A stretch of DNA of 64,000 bases from an uncultured Bacteroidales bacterium (GCA_964407835.1 CAYOXB010000001.1:45174-109173), one strand, 5' to 3'. Counted from the stretch's first letter, positions 1 through 10,460 are shown. The notes: generated from the letters alone by a model not told the origin. Translations and numbers: made by a program.

Positions 1-691
1 TGCAAATTATATTGTTATTGCTTCAGGGAGTATAGCTCAAGAAAAAACAAGAATGTATGATATTCTAAGTAAACTTGGTCATTCTATTACAAATTTAAGA
101 CCAGGATTAGTTCCATTAAAAGTAAAAGAAGATATTAGATCATTACAAGGAATAAGAATTAAATGTAATGCTAAGGTTTTTAATGATAGCAAAATAGTTC
201 ATGAAGAAGCTGGCGAGATATTATTCAAACCTGATGGGTTATCAGGTGTACTTGTATTAAACTTATCAAGATTTGTTCAGGATAATAGTGAAGTAAGCTT
301 GGATTTATTTTACGATTTTGAAGATATTGAAAAATATATTAGAAGCTTTTTAGATAAAAAAGATATCTTGGAAGTTTTATCTAGTTTATTACCAAAAATG
401 TTAGCTCAGTATATTACTAAACTTACAAATAGTTTTGAAGAAGTGATCAAGATTGTTCGTGATTTAAGATTTAAGATAACTGGCGATTACGGATATAATA
501 TAGGACAAATTGTAATTGGTGGTCTTAATGTTAATGAAGTAAGCGAAGACTTTGAATCTATATATTTGCCTAATATTTATATAATCGGTGAAGTGCTCAA
601 TATTGATGGAGCAAGTGGTGGATATAATTTGCACTTTGCTTGGAGTAGTGCAATTTATAGTGCAAAGAGCATTTTTGAAAAAAATTTGTAA
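1..691 (+). CDS. FAD-binding flavoprotein, HI0933/YhiN (aminoacetone oxidase-like) family; C-terminal part, 5' end outside window
   Basis: Reading frame is open from base 1. The C-terminal motif 'GQIVIGGLNVNEV...GEVLNIDGASGGYNLHFAWSSAIYSA' is typical of HI0933-like flavoproteins. Confidence 0.55.
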   Translation, partial: ANYIVIASGSIAQEKTRMYDILSKLGHSITNLRPGLVPLKVKEDIRSLQGIRIKCNAKVFNDSKIVHEEAGEILFKPDGLSGVLVLNLSRFVQDNSEVSLDLFYDFEDIEKYIRSFLDKKDILEVLSSLLPKMLAQYITKLTNSFEEVIKIVRDLRFKITGDYGYNIGQIVIGGLNVNEVSEDFESIYLPNIYIIGEVLNIDGASGGYNLHFAWSSAIYSAKSIFEKNL

Positions 692-750
692 ATGTTTACT
701 ATAGGACTAAATTATAGTATAATAATATATAAGTAAGGAGATAACTATTA

Positions 751-1365
751 ATGAATTTACCAAATAAGTTAACCATTGCAAGACTTTTCGCAATACCCTT
801 AATTATAATAATAACACTAATAGAATATTTTAAAGTTACAACAGTTTTTCAAGGAGTCAATTATATAATAACTTTAGAAAACTTATTAATTTTAATAGTT
901 TTTCTAATAGCTGCTTTTACGGATTTCCTAGATGGACATATTGCAAGAAAGTATAACCTGATTACAGACTTTGGGAAGTTCTTAGACCCTTTAGCTGATA
1001 AACTGCTTGTGCTTGCAGCAATGATATATTTAGTAGAACAGGGTAGTTTCATAGTATTTGGTATTAGTTTTGGTTTTGTAGTTACTATTATATTTGCAAG
1101 AGAGTTTATGGTAACAGGAATGAGACTGTTAGCAGTTGATAACAATGTAGTTATTGCAGCTAGCAATTTAGGTAAATTTAAGACAGTTTCTCAAATGTTA
1201 TTAGTTATAATTCTTCTTATAGATGGTTTACCATTAGCTTTGATTAGTGAACTAGCAAAAAATATTTTTGTGTTAGCAGTTATTTTACTAGCTGGAATAT
1301 TAACTGTTGTTTCAGGAATAGATTATTTTATAAAAAATAAAGGTTTAATTACAAATAAAAAATAG
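751..1365 (+). CDS. pgsA: CDP-diacylglycerol--glycerol-3-phosphate 3-phosphatidyltransferase
   Basis: CDP-alcohol phosphatidyltransferase motif 'DFLDGHIARKYNLITDFGKFLDPLADKLL' in a multi-TM protein. Position immediately upstream of recA matches Firmicutes. Confidence 0.8.
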   Translation: MNLPNKLTIARLFAIPLIIIITLIEYFKVTTVFQGVNYIITLENLLILIVFLIAAFTDFLDGHIARKYNLITDFGKFLDPLADKLLVLAAMIYLVEQGSFIVFGISFGFVVTIIFAREFMVTGMRLLAVDNNVVIAASNLGKFKTVSQMLLVIILLIDGLPLALISELAKNIFVLAVILLAGILTVVSGIDYFIKNKGLITNKK

Positions 1366-1374
1366 GAGTAAAGA

Positions 1375-2358
1375 ATGAGTGAAGTAAAAACAAAAGCATT
1401 AGAGGATGCGTTAAAACAAATAGAAAAACAATTTGGTAAAGGCTCAGTAATGAAACTTGGTGATAAATCAATTGGAGAAATAGAAGTTATTCCTTCCGGA
1501 TCAATTTCTTTAGATATAGCTCTTGGAGTTGGTGGTTATCCAAAAGGAAGAATTATTGAAATATATGGACCTGAAAGTAGTGGTAAAACTACCTTTGCGC
1601 TTCATGCAATTGCAGAAGCACAAAAACTTGGTGGTTATGCAGCATTCATAGATGCTGAACACGCACTTGATCCAAACTATGCAAGAAATCTAGGTGTAGA
1701 TATTAATAACTTAATATTGTCTCAACCAGATACAGGAGAACAAGCTTTAGAAATTGCTGAACATTTAATTAGAAGTGGAGCTGTTGATATAGTAGTTATT
1801 GACTCTGTTGCTGCTTTAGTGCCAAAAGTTGAAATAGATGGAGATATGGGAGATACTCATATTGGTATGCAAGCTAGGCTAATGTCTCAAGCAATGAGAA
1901 AATTAAGTGGAGCAATATCAAAAAGTAATACAATAGCAATCTTTATTAATCAAATTAGAGAAAAGGTTGGTGTTATGTTTGGTTCTCCAGAAACAACTTC
2001 AGGTGGACGTGCACTAAAATTCTATGCTACTATCCGTCTTGATATTAGAAGAGTTGACGCAATTAAACAAGGCACTGATATTATAGGAAACTTAACAAGA
2101 GTTAGAGTTGTAAAAAATAAAGTTGCACCACCATTTAAGGCGTGTGAAGTTGATTTAATTTATGGTAAGGGTGTTTCCTATGAAGGAGAAGTACTTGATT
2201 TAGCTGTTAATAACGATATTATTAAGAAGAGTGGTTCTTGGTTTTCTTATGAAGATGAGAAATTAGGGCAAGGAAGAGAGAACGTAAAAGAGTACTTAAA
2301 GAACAATCCAAATCTATTAAAAGAGTTAGACAATAAAATTAGAGAAATATTAAAATAA
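1375..2358 (+). CDS. recA: Recombinase RecA
   Basis: Walker A 'GPESSGKTT' and conserved RecA blocks 'FIDAEHALD' and '[23 protein letters not shown]'. RBS 'GGAG' upstream. Confidence 0.97.
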   Translation: MSEVKTKALEDALKQIEKQFGKGSVMKLGDKSIGEIEVIPSGSISLDIALGVGGYPKGRIIEIYGPESSGKTTFALHAIAEAQKLGGYAAFIDAEHALDPNYARNLGVDINNLILSQPDTGEQALEIAEHLIRSGAVDIVVIDSVAALVPKVEIDGDMGDTHIGMQARLMSQAMRKLSGAISKSNTIAIFINQIREKVGVMFGSPETTSGGRALKFYATIRLDIRRVDAIKQGTDIIGNLTRVRVVKNKVAPPFKACEVDLIYGKGVSYEGEVLDLAVNNDIIKKSGSWFSYEDEKLGQGRENVKEYLKNNPNLLKELDNKIREILK

Positions 2359-2392
2359 AAAGTCAAAGTCATTCTTTGACTTTTTGTATATT
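2359..2392 (+). terminator. Rho-independent terminator after recA
   Basis: Hairpin aaagtcaaag/tcattc/tttgacttt followed by a T-tract. Confidence 0.7.
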
Positions 2393-2410
2393 ATGTGGCA
2401 TTTATTTTAA

Positions 2411-2439
2411 TTGACTATAATGATTAGTTAATGTATAAT
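2411..2439 (+). promoter_or_regulatory. Sigma-A type promoter for rny
   Basis: -35 TTGACT (2411-2416), a 17-nt spacer, then extended -10 TGTATAAT (2432-2439). Confidence 0.55.
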
Positions 2440-2492
2440 AATATAGTAAACAATAAAGATAATAATGTTTATATTAGATATATGGAGGTAAT

Positions 2493-4112
2493 ATGGTACA
2501 AGTATTAGGATTTATAGTTCTAAGTGCTTGGACAATTCTAGCTCATATTATTCTTCCATTATTGCTATTGATTTTAGGGGCAGGCACTGGATATTATTTA
2601 ATTAAACTTCATTTTAAAAAGGCAGGAAAATCTGCAGAAAAAATAATTGAAGATGCCAATAAAGCTGTTGAAGAAAATCGTAAAAAGGTTTTAGTTGAAT
2701 CTAAACAAGAAATATTTAGACTTAGACAAGAAAATGACAAAGAGATTCGCAATTCAAGACAAGAAGCAGAGCGAGATATAAAAGAACGTCGCAGAACGTT
2801 AAATGAATTGGAAAGCAAATTAATCAAACGAGAGGAAAGAATTGATAATCGTTTAAACAATTTAGACAGGAGAGAAGAATCTTTAAATCAAAAAGAACAA
2901 AAAATCGATAAATTAAAGGCAGATCTTGAAAAACAATCAGGCAAATTGGAAGAATTAATTGATTTGCAACATCAGAGATTATTAGAAGTCTCTGGTTTGT
3001 CAGTAGAAGAGGCCAAGCGAATAATTTTAGAACGTATCGAAGAAGATATGACTTTAGAAATTGCTGCTATTATTAAAGACGGTGAAGAAAAAGCCAAACT
3101 GGAAGTGAATAGAAAAGCTCAAGACTTACTTGCTAATGCTATTCAACAATATGCTGCTGAAGCAGTTATGGAAAAAACAGTTTCGGTTGTTCCTTTACCA
3201 AATGATGAAATGAAAGGGCGAATTATAGGCCGTGAAGGTCGTAATATTCGTGCAATCGAAGCATCAACAGGTGTTGATATCATTATAGATGATACGCCTG
3301 AAGCAGTTGTACTTTCAAGCTTTGATCCAGTTAGAAGAGAAATTGCAAAAAGAACATTGGAAGCTTTAATCGCTGATGGAAGAATTCAACCTACTAGAGT
3401 TGAAGAACTTGTATCTAAATTCACAAAAGAATTAGATACAGAAATCCGTGAAGCAGGAGAAAAAGCAGTATTTGAATTAGGTGTTGGTAGAGTCCATCCT
3501 GAATTAGTTAAACTAATCGGTAGATTAAAGTTTAGAACAAGTTATGGACAAAACGCATTAGCTCACTCAATGGAAGTTGCATTTTTATCAGGTAAATTAG
3601 CTGTTGAAATCGGTCTTGATGAAGTTAAGGCAAAAAGAGCTGGACTTCTTCATGATATCGGTAAAGCCGTGGATCACGAAGTTGAAGGGAGTCATGTAGA
3701 AATAGGTTTAGAATTAGCACGTAAATTCAAAGAGATTCCAGAAGTAATTGATGCTATTGGCTCACATCATGGTGATCAAGAAGCTACATCACTTATCTCA
3801 CAATTAGTAGCTGCAGCAGATGCACTTAGCGCTGCAAGACCGGGTGCTAGAAGTGAATCGTTAGAAAATTACATTAAACGTTTAACAAAGCTAGAAGAAA
3901 TATGTAATGAATTTAGCGGTGTAGATAAGTCATATGCTTTACAAGCTGGTAGAGAAGTAAGAATTCTTGTAAAACCTGAAGAAATTGGTGACTTAGAAGC
4001 TCATAAATTAGCTAGGGATATTCGTCAAAAAATAGAAGACGATATTAATTATCCTGGAACAATTAAAGTTACTGTAATTCGCGAAACAAGAGTTCAAGAA
4101 ATTGCAAAGTAA
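2493..4112 (+). CDS. rny: Ribonuclease Y
   Basis: N-terminal TM segment, a long coiled coil, a KH domain ('[13 protein letters not shown]') and an HD domain ('[12 protein letters not shown]...GSHHGD'). Confidence 0.95.
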   Translation: MVQVLGFIVLSAWTILAHIILPLLLLILGAGTGYYLIKLHFKKAGKSAEKIIEDANKAVEENRKKVLVESKQEIFRLRQENDKEIRNSRQEAERDIKERRRTLNELESKLIKREERIDNRLNNLDRREESLNQKEQKIDKLKADLEKQSGKLEELIDLQHQRLLEVSGLSVEEAKRIILERIEEDMTLEIAAIIKDGEEKAKLEVNRKAQDLLANAIQQYAAEAVMEKTVSVVPLPNDEMKGRIIGREGRNIRAIEASTGVDIIIDDTPEAVVLSSFDPVRREIAKRTLEALIADGRIQPTRVEELVSKFTKELDTEIREAGEKAVFELGVGRVHPELVKLIGRLKFRTSYGQNALAHSMEVAFLSGKLAVEIGLDEVKAKRAGLLHDIGKAVDHEVEGSHVEIGLELARKFKEIPEVIDAIGSHHGDQEATSLISQLVAAADALSAARPGARSESLENYIKRLTKLEEICNEFSGVDKSYALQAGREVRILVKPEEIGDLEAHKLARDIRQKIEDDINYPGTIKVTVIRETRVQEIAK

Positions 4113-4151
4113 AAGATTTTATATTGTTAATATATAAATCAAAATAAAGGC

Positions 4152-4187
4152 ATTTTAGTTTATACTAAAACGCCTTTTTTCTTTGTT
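4152..4187 (+). terminator. rny terminator
   Basis: ggcattttag/tttatac/taaaacgcc followed by TTTTTT. Confidence 0.7.
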
Positions 4188-4212
4188 TTAAAATGAGAAT
4201 ATAATATATAAA

Positions 4213-4243
4213 AAAGCATTTCATTTCTGAAATGCTTTAGTTT
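4213..4243 (-). terminator. Terminator of the minus-strand lipoprotein gene
   Basis: Hairpin agcatttca/ttt/ctgaaatgct. On the minus strand it is followed by a T-run. Confidence 0.6.
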
Positions 4244-4244
4244 A

Positions 4245-6134
4245 TTAGTTTGCAGGGATTGTTGAATAGTAGTTTTTAGTTTGAACAAATCCTGTAGAAG
4301 GATTTTCAACTGTAATTAAGAAACTTATTTGAGTTGTAGTCGCAGGTAACTTAACTATTCTACCATTATTATTAACAAGATCCGGATTATTTGAAACTAG
4401 AGTTAAGTTATAATCGCCTAGGAATTTTTCTACTAAATATTCTGCTTCAATCATATTTAATAAATTAGGGATTAATCCATTCATTCTCATAGTTTGAGGA
4501 CAGTTTTTACCACTATAGTTTTGGTGGAAAGTAACTCTTTCTAAACCTAAATCAAATTCATGTAATAAGTGTGAAGTTAATTTAGAAGTATAATGCCATG
4601 TTAAATACAAGTCACTGCCTTTATCTACACATGTTTCCATACTAACACTATTATAGTTACCACCATGATTAGAAATTAGTTTATAAGTAGTGTTATAGTA
4701 ACTATTATTCATATACCAATTTCCGTTTGTGCCAATTTCTAAGTAAATCCCATAGTCATTAATAGCAGAGGCTTTTAATATATTATTATTCGAATCTTTA
4801 GGTGCTTGAATAATAGTTTTTGCACCATTAAGTGTATAGAAACCACTAGCATCAATTCCAAGAGTTGGTCTAATTTTACTTGTTGCTTTAACGCCTGTAT
4901 CGTTTAAACCGAATTTTCTTGAACCATCTCCAGCATGCCATGTAGGTCTGTTAGTTTCAACTTGTTGATAAACACCTTCTTGCCCTACACTAAAATGCCA
5001 AGATACTTGTCCGCCACCACTTCCATTATACATATAAGTAGCGTGCATTGCTGCACCTGCATTAACATTTGTATTACCAGTATCATGAATAGTAATAAAT
5101 TTTACATCTTCCTTATTCATTACATTTGTAATAGCAGGTAAGTTTGGCGAGTTTTCAGGTGTCATTCTTCTAACAAAAGGATATTCTCCGAAGAAATAGT
5201 TAACTACGCTTCCCAATACTTTTGTTGTGTAGTTTGTCCCACCATATGCAGTTACGTTTTGAACGATTGGTTTATCAACAACTAAATGGTCGATTAAATC
5301 CATAACATCCCAATAGAATTCTACTTTTAGAGTTCCTTTTTTAGTTCCATCTTGAATTGATTTAGCAGTAAATGTAACTTCGCCATAACTAACTATAGTT
5401 ACAAATCCATCTTCACCAATAGCAGCAATACTGTCATCGCTTGTTTCCCATACTACGTTTTGATCCGCAGCTTTTGGAAGAACAGTTGCTGATAGTTTAT
5501 AATTGGCTGTTGTTTTGATTCTAGTGTCATTAATATTTGCACTAATATTTACTTCACTAACAGCAGCTTCAGTAACTTCAATAGTAAATGCTTTGCTAGT
5601 CCCATTTTCAAGTGAATGCACTTCAAATTGGGCAACCCCAGGTTTAACACCAGTAACTAGTCCTGTTTGGCTAACTTTAGCAATACTAGCAGTTAATGCA
5701 ACCCACATAACACCGTGTCCAGTATCTGCTTTATCAACAGCTGTAAGTTGAATTTCTTCACCAGCAATAACAGTAGTCGGGCCAGTCACTGTTAATTGAG
5801 TAGCTGGATCAATTTCCTCTTCATTTACTTTTACATTAATAGTTATTTTTAGTTTAGGATACTCTTCAACAGTAACCGTGATTTTAGCACTACCAGATTT
5901 TAATGCTGTAATTTTTCCGTCTTCGTCTACGCAGACAACGTCTTCACAATCAGATTCAAATTTAAATTTTACATTGTTTTCTGTACCATTTACTTTAGGT
6001 AGAATAACTTCCTCATCACCTATTTCTAAGGTTAGGTTAGATTTAGAAGCGCTTAAAGTAACGTCTTCAGTATTGTTACAACCTACTAATAGAAAACCGA
6101 TTAAAACAAAAAGTAAGATAATACTTTTTTTCAT
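4245..6134 (-). CDS. Lipoprotein with Big_2 (bacterial Ig-like) domain and amidase_2-type N-acetylmuramoyl-L-alanine amidase domain (paralog 2)
   Basis: Lipobox 'LLVGCN'; Big_2-like 'GSAKITVTV'; amidase_2 signature 'IHDTG...SWHFSVG...WHAGDG...ETCVDKGS...HQNYSGKNCPQ'. Confidence 0.7.
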   Translation of the reverse strand: MKKSIILLFVLIGFLLVGCNNTEDVTLSASKSNLTLEIGDEEVILPKVNGTENNVKFKFESDCEDVVCVDEDGKITALKSGSAKITVTVEEYPKLKITINVKVNEEEIDPATQLTVTGPTTVIAGEEIQLTAVDKADTGHGVMWVALTASIAKVSQTGLVTGVKPGVAQFEVHSLENGTSKAFTIEVTEAAVSEVNISANINDTRIKTTANYKLSATVLPKAADQNVVWETSDDSIAAIGEDGFVTIVSYGEVTFTAKSIQDGTKKGTLKVEFYWDVMDLIDHLVVDKPIVQNVTAYGGTNYTTKVLGSVVNYFFGEYPFVRRMTPENSPNLPAITNVMNKEDVKFITIHDTGNTNVNAGAAMHATYMYNGSGGGQVSWHFSVGQEGVYQQVETNRPTWHAGDGSRKFGLNDTGVKATSKIRPTLGIDASGFYTLNGAKTIIQAPKDSNNNILKASAINDYGIYLEIGTNGNWYMNNSYYNTTYKLISNHGGNYNSVSMETCVDKGSDLYLTWHYTSKLTSHLLHEFDLGLERVTFHQNYSGKNCPQTMRMNGLIPNLLNMIEAEYLVEKFLGDYNLTLVSNNPDLVNNNGRIVKLPATTTQISFLITVENPSTGFVQTKNYYSTIPAN

Positions 6135-6245
6135 AATATTCTCCTTTTCTTTATTAAATTACAATATTATTATATCACTTAATATTGAATACTACAATAC
6201 AAAAATAAAGCTAGATTTTACTCTAGCTTTATATGTTTTTTATTA

Positions 6246-8129
6246 TTAAATTTTAATTGTTGAATAGTAGTATTTAGTTGATGTAACACCTGTTGTAGGA
6301 TGAGTTACTTCTACAAGGAAACTTACTTGAGTAGTAGCATCTGGTAATTTAATAATCTTACCATGATTATCTACATATTCAGGATTGTTTGATGTAAGAG
6401 TGAATGTATAATCACCAAAGAATTTAGCAATTAAATATTCAGCTTCAACTAATTTTCTAAAATCCCCAACTAGGCCATTTCTTCTCATTGTTTGTGGGCA
6501 GTTTTTACCACTAAAACTATGGTGGAATTGTTGTCTATCTAAACCTAGGTTATTAGCTAATAATACTTCAGAAACAATTTTAGCTGTATAGTGCCATGTT
6601 AAGAATACATCTGAGCCAGCGTTAACCATAGTTTCAATACCAATACTGTTTCTATTTCCACCTTGGTTAGAAATGTTTGGTCCTTGAGTTGAATAATAAG
6701 AATTATTTATAAACCAATTTCCATTTGTACCGACTTGCATAGCAATTCCATAATCATTAATTGCTGCAGCTGTTAAGATTGAACCATCAGTATGTCTTGG
6801 AGCTTCAACAATTGTTTTTACACCATTAAGTGTATAGAAACCAGTAGAATCAATTCCAAGCGTAGGTTTAATTTTACTTACAGCTTTAACGCCTGTATCG
6901 TTCATCCCATATACTCTTGATCCGTCTGAAGCATGATATGATATTTCATTTAGTGGAATTTGTAGGTAAACACCATCATTACCAATACTGTAATGCCATG
7001 ATGTTCCACCGCCACCATTATATACATAGTTTGCATGTGCAGAAGCAGTTGCTCCTGGTGCAGCTGAACCAGTGTCATGAACAGTAACGAATTCAGTTGA
7101 TGGTTGTAAAATTCCAGGTCTGTTTTCGTTTGTGCTTGGAGCTATCTTTTCATAGTAAGGATATGTTCCAAAATAATAACTAGTTACACTACCTTTAATT
7201 ACTTGAGGATATTTTTCATATCCTGCTTCATAACCATAGTAGAATGCATTTTTATCAACAACAGGATTTTCAATTATAATGTAATCCATTAAGTCCATAA
7301 CGTCCCAATGGAATTCTACTGTAAGAGTAGCTTTCTTTGTTCCATCTTGAATAGATTTAGCAGTAAATGTAACTTCACCATAAGTAGAGATTGTTACAAA
7401 TCCATCTTCACTAATTAAAGCTATGCTATCATCGCTTGTTTCCCATACTACATTTTGATCTGCAGCTTTTGGAAGAACAGTAGCTGATAGTTTATAACTT
7501 GCAGTTGTTTTAATTTTTGCATCACCTATATTAGCACTAATACTAACTTCACTAACTGGAGCTTCAGTAACTTCAATAGAAAAAGCTTTGCTAGTTCCAT
7601 TTTCAAGTGAGTGAACTTCAAATTGAGCAGTTCCAGGTTTTACACCTGTAACTAAACCAGTTTGACTTATTTTTGCAATTCCAGCAGTTAAAGCAACCCA
7701 CATAACACCATGTCCTTGGTCTGCTTTATCAACAGCTGTAAGTTGAATTTCTTCGCCTGCAACAACAGTAGTTGGGCCAGATACTGTTAATTGAGTAGAA
7801 GGATCAATTTCCTCTTCATTAACAGTTACATTAACAGTTGCTTTTAGTTTAGAAAATTCTTCAACAGTAACGGTAATTTTTGCACTACCAGATCCTACAG
7901 CTTTTACTTTCCCTTCTGCATCAACTGTTGCAACTTCTAAATTATCTGATTCAAAATTAAATTTGACATCTTTTTCTGTACCTTCTATTTTAGGTGTGAT
8001 AACTTTTTCTTCCCCAATTTCTAGTGTTACACTAGTTGGTGAAGCGCTTAAAGTAACGTCCTCAGTTTTATTACAACCTACTAATAGAAAACCGATTAAA
8101 ACAAAAAGTAAGATAATACTTTTTTTCAT
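6246..8129 (-). CDS. Lipoprotein with Big_2 domain and amidase_2 domain (paralog 1)
   Basis: First 20 aa identical to the 4245-6134 product. Residues about 100-280 are nearly identical, while the C-terminal amidase_2 half is diverged ('VHDTG...SWHYSIG...IGIETMVNAGSD...HHSFSGKNCPQ'). Confidence 0.7.
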   Translation of the reverse strand: MKKSIILLFVLIGFLLVGCNKTEDVTLSASPTSVTLEIGEEKVITPKIEGTEKDVKFNFESDNLEVATVDAEGKVKAVGSGSAKITVTVEEFSKLKATVNVTVNEEEIDPSTQLTVSGPTTVVAGEEIQLTAVDKADQGHGVMWVALTAGIAKISQTGLVTGVKPGTAQFEVHSLENGTSKAFSIEVTEAPVSEVSISANIGDAKIKTTASYKLSATVLPKAADQNVVWETSDDSIALISEDGFVTISTYGEVTFTAKSIQDGTKKATLTVEFHWDVMDLMDYIIIENPVVDKNAFYYGYEAGYEKYPQVIKGSVTSYYFGTYPYYEKIAPSTNENRPGILQPSTEFVTVHDTGSAAPGATASAHANYVYNGGGGTSWHYSIGNDGVYLQIPLNEISYHASDGSRVYGMNDTGVKAVSKIKPTLGIDSTGFYTLNGVKTIVEAPRHTDGSILTAAAINDYGIAMQVGTNGNWFINNSYYSTQGPNISNQGGNRNSIGIETMVNAGSDVFLTWHYTAKIVSEVLLANNLGLDRQQFHHSFSGKNCPQTMRRNGLVGDFRKLVEAEYLIAKFFGDYTFTLTSNNPEYVDNHGKIIKLPDATTQVSFLVEVTHPTTGVTSTKYYYSTIKI

Positions 8130-8286
8130 AATATTCTCCTTTTCTTTATTATTGCATTAATATTATAACATTTTAAATACAAAAATACAATAAAACGATT
8201 TCAAAAAAAGTATAATATTTATTATTATGCTATCTTTATTGCTTAGGTTATATCTATATGATATAATTTAATTTATGGAGAGTGTA

Positions 8287-9063
8287 ATGAAAGTATTAAT
8301 TGTGGGAGATGTATTCTCAAAATTAGGTAGAGCTAGTTTTGAGGAAAATCTTAAAATTTTAAAAGAAAAAGAAAAGATTAATTTCGTAATTGTGAATGGT
8401 GAAAACACATCACACGGAAAAGGCATGAACGAAGGCCATTATAAATGGTATATGGAACAAGGAGTTAATGTTATTACGCTTGGCAATCATGCTTATAATA
8501 ATAAGAGTATCTTGAAAATCATTGATAACGTTAATAATATTGTTAGACCATATAATTTTCCTGAAGGTTCACCGGGGAAGGGTTATACAACAATTAACTA
8601 TAATAATTTAAAGATTACTGTGTTTCAAATGCAGGGAAGAGTTTTTATGGATAATAGTAATGGGTGTCCTTTTAAGAGTGCAAAGGAATTTTTAGAAAAT
8701 GCTGAAGGTGATATATTTATTTGCGATTTTCATGCCGAAACAACAAGTGAAAAAATTGCATTTGGTTATGCTTTTGCGGGACAAATCCAGGTTATTTTTG
8801 GGACTCATACCCATGTTCAGACAAATGATGCAAGAATATTAGATGGTGGGACTGCTTATATTACTGATGTTGGAATGACAGGACCACTTGATGGTGTAAT
8901 TGGAGTTGAAAAAGGAATAATAATTGATCGTTATTTTAATGATTCGCAACAAAGATTTAAACCTCAAGATACTGGTAAGAAGCAGTTTAGTGCGATAATT
9001 GTTGAAATTGATGAGAAGACAAAAAAAGCTGTTAGTATTGAGCCAATTAGGATTATACATTAA
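8287..9063 (+). CDS. ymdB: YmdB-family metallophosphoesterase (2',3'-cyclic-nucleotide phosphodiesterase)
   Basis: 'MKVLIVGDVFSKLGR...VIVNGENTSHGKG...GNHAYN...GTHTHVQTND' is TIGR00282-like. RBS GGAGAGTG precedes the ATG at 8287. rny-ymdB linkage is conserved in Firmicutes. Confidence 0.85.
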   Translation: MKVLIVGDVFSKLGRASFEENLKILKEKEKINFVIVNGENTSHGKGMNEGHYKWYMEQGVNVITLGNHAYNNKSILKIIDNVNNIVRPYNFPEGSPGKGYTTINYNNLKITVFQMQGRVFMDNSNGCPFKSAKEFLENAEGDIFICDFHAETTSEKIAFGYAFAGQIQVIFGTHTHVQTNDARILDGGTAYITDVGMTGPLDGVIGVEKGIIIDRYFNDSQQRFKPQDTGKKQFSAIIVEIDEKTKKAVSIEPIRIIH

Positions 9064-9072
9064 AAGAAAAGA

Positions 9073-9645
9073 GTGACGTATATGGAATTGCCAAAAATTG
9101 AAACATCAAGATTGATATTAAGAAGGATTGAACTCGATGATGCTGCTGATATGTATGAATATGCAAAATTATCAAGTGTAGGCCCTCAAGCTGGTTGGCA
9201 ACCACATATGTCAATTAATGAAACAAAAGCAATCATTAAATTATTTAATGGTAAAGAAAAATATGGTCAACCTGGAGTTTTTGCTGTTGTTCTTAAAAGA
9301 GAACATAAAATGATAGGTACTATTGAACTTCATACATATACTAAAGATTATAAAGCTGAGTTAGGGTATACTATAAATCCAAGCTATTGGGGAAATGGTT
9401 ATGCTGTAGAAGCATCAAAAGCAGTCCTTGCTTGGGGATTTGAAGAGTTAAATTTGAAAAGAATAGAGTGCAATACCTTTGCAAACAATTTTAGATCAAT
9501 AAGAGTTTGTGAGAAACTTGGATTAACCTTTGAAGGTATAAAAAGAAAAGGCTATATGTTATATGATGGTAATTTCCATGATATTGCAGCATATGCCATA
9601 ATAGACGAAGATTTTTTCTATAAAACATTCACAAAAGATTGGTGA
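9073..9645 (+). CDS. GNAT family N-acetyltransferase (RimJ/RimL-like)
   Basis: Acetyltransf_3-like pattern 'TSRLILRRIELDDAADMYEY...GYTINPSYWGNGYAVEA'. Confidence 0.7.
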   Translation: MTYMELPKIETSRLILRRIELDDAADMYEYAKLSSVGPQAGWQPHMSINETKAIIKLFNGKEKYGQPGVFAVVLKREHKMIGTIELHTYTKDYKAELGYTINPSYWGNGYAVEASKAVLAWGFEELNLKRIECNTFANNFRSIRVCEKLGLTFEGIKRKGYMLYDGNFHDIAAYAIIDEDFFYKTFTKDW

Positions 9646-9650
9646 TAAGA

Positions 9651-10430
9651 ATGAAAAGAAAATTTGTTTTAATAGTAGTATTGTTGATTACTTTGTTTTT
9701 ATCTGCTTGTGATGTCAGTGGTGGAATGGGAAACAAGGTTTCTGCAGAAACACTAAATCATATAAGCACTGTTGTTATGAATGGAAATATAAAGATAAGT
9801 ACAACTCTATTTGAAATAAAGAACAATAGTCGCGTTGAACTTCCTTATCGAGGATACGGTAGTGGTGTTATTATCAAAATAGAAGAAGATGAAAACAGTA
9901 CTTATTATTATATTCTTACAAATTTTCATGTAATTGATTTGGGTTCAAAACTTTTAGAAGAAGAACATGATGAAGAAGCAGAATATGAATACTTACATGA
10001 ATTAGTTGATGTATATGGTAATATAGAGTTGGGCGAAGTAGTTTATAAAAATAAAGAAGATGACTTAGCTTTAATTAAAATGATTTCATATGCTGAATTA
10101 TATGTTGTTGAATTGGCAGAAGAAAATCCTGCTATATATGATATGGTCTTTTCCATTGGTAGTCCTGAAAATAAAAGCAATGTTGTAACGGCTGGAAAGA
10201 TTGTTGGCTATCCTCCATATGAAAAAGTATCATATAATATTATTTCTCATAAGGCTTATATATTTAGGGGAAGCAGTGGAAGTATGCTAATTAATGAAGA
10301 TTATAAATTAGTAGGTTTAAATACATGGGGCTTAAACCCAAAAGATAAAGATATAAATGATGGGTTTGAAAGAGGTGGAGCAATTCCGATTTTAATAATC
10401 CATGATTTTCTAGAAGAATATTTCAAATAA
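9651..10430 (+). CDS. Trypsin-like (S1 family) serine peptidase lipoprotein
   Basis: Lipoprotein signal 'LFLSAC'. Catalytic triad context: His ('LTNFHVID'), Asp ('DLALIKM'), Ser ('GSSGSMLIN'). Confidence 0.6.
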   Translation: MKRKFVLIVVLLITLFLSACDVSGGMGNKVSAETLNHISTVVMNGNIKISTTLFEIKNNSRVELPYRGYGSGVIIKIEEDENSTYYYILTNFHVIDLGSKLLEEEHDEEAEYEYLHELVDVYGNIELGEVVYKNKEDDLALIKMISYAELYVVELAEENPAIYDMVFSIGSPENKSNVVTAGKIVGYPPYEKVSYNIISHKAYIFRGSSGSMLINEDYKLVGLNTWGLNPKDKDINDGFERGGAIPILIIHDFLEEYFK

Positions 10431-10460
10431 AAAAAGTTTTACATTTTTGTAAAACTTTTT
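10431..10460. terminator. Bidirectional terminator between convergent genes
   Basis: Palindrome aaaagttttaca/tttt/tgtaaaacttttt. Confidence 0.7.

Larger units (their letters stand above)
4245..8274 (-). repeat. Tandem direct duplication (about 2 kb unit) of lipoprotein gene plus its 5' leader
   Basis: Both upstream regions (6135-6245 and 8130-8200) begin with the same 'aatattctccttttctttatta' leader, and the two N-terminal coding halves are nearly identical. Confidence 0.8.

Noticed and set aside
861-1166. Antisense or embedded ORFs from the six-frame track, fully inside longer well-supported genes: 861-1166, 2609-2860, 4935-5141, 5503-5751, 5878-6249, 7963-8160, 8839-9060, 12726-12950, 13226-13417, 22634-22942, 27981-28199, 31017-31220, 33240-33440, 34820-35146, 36207-36437, 40743-40931, 43728-44000, 44046-44243, 44332-44625, 48319-48504, 56419-56802, 57030-57236, 58835-59167, 62982-63182
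   Set aside because: Each lies entirely within a longer gene on the opposite strand whose product has clear conserved motifs. They have low-complexity or odd composition and no RBS. In an AT-rich genome, long antisense ORFs arise by chance.
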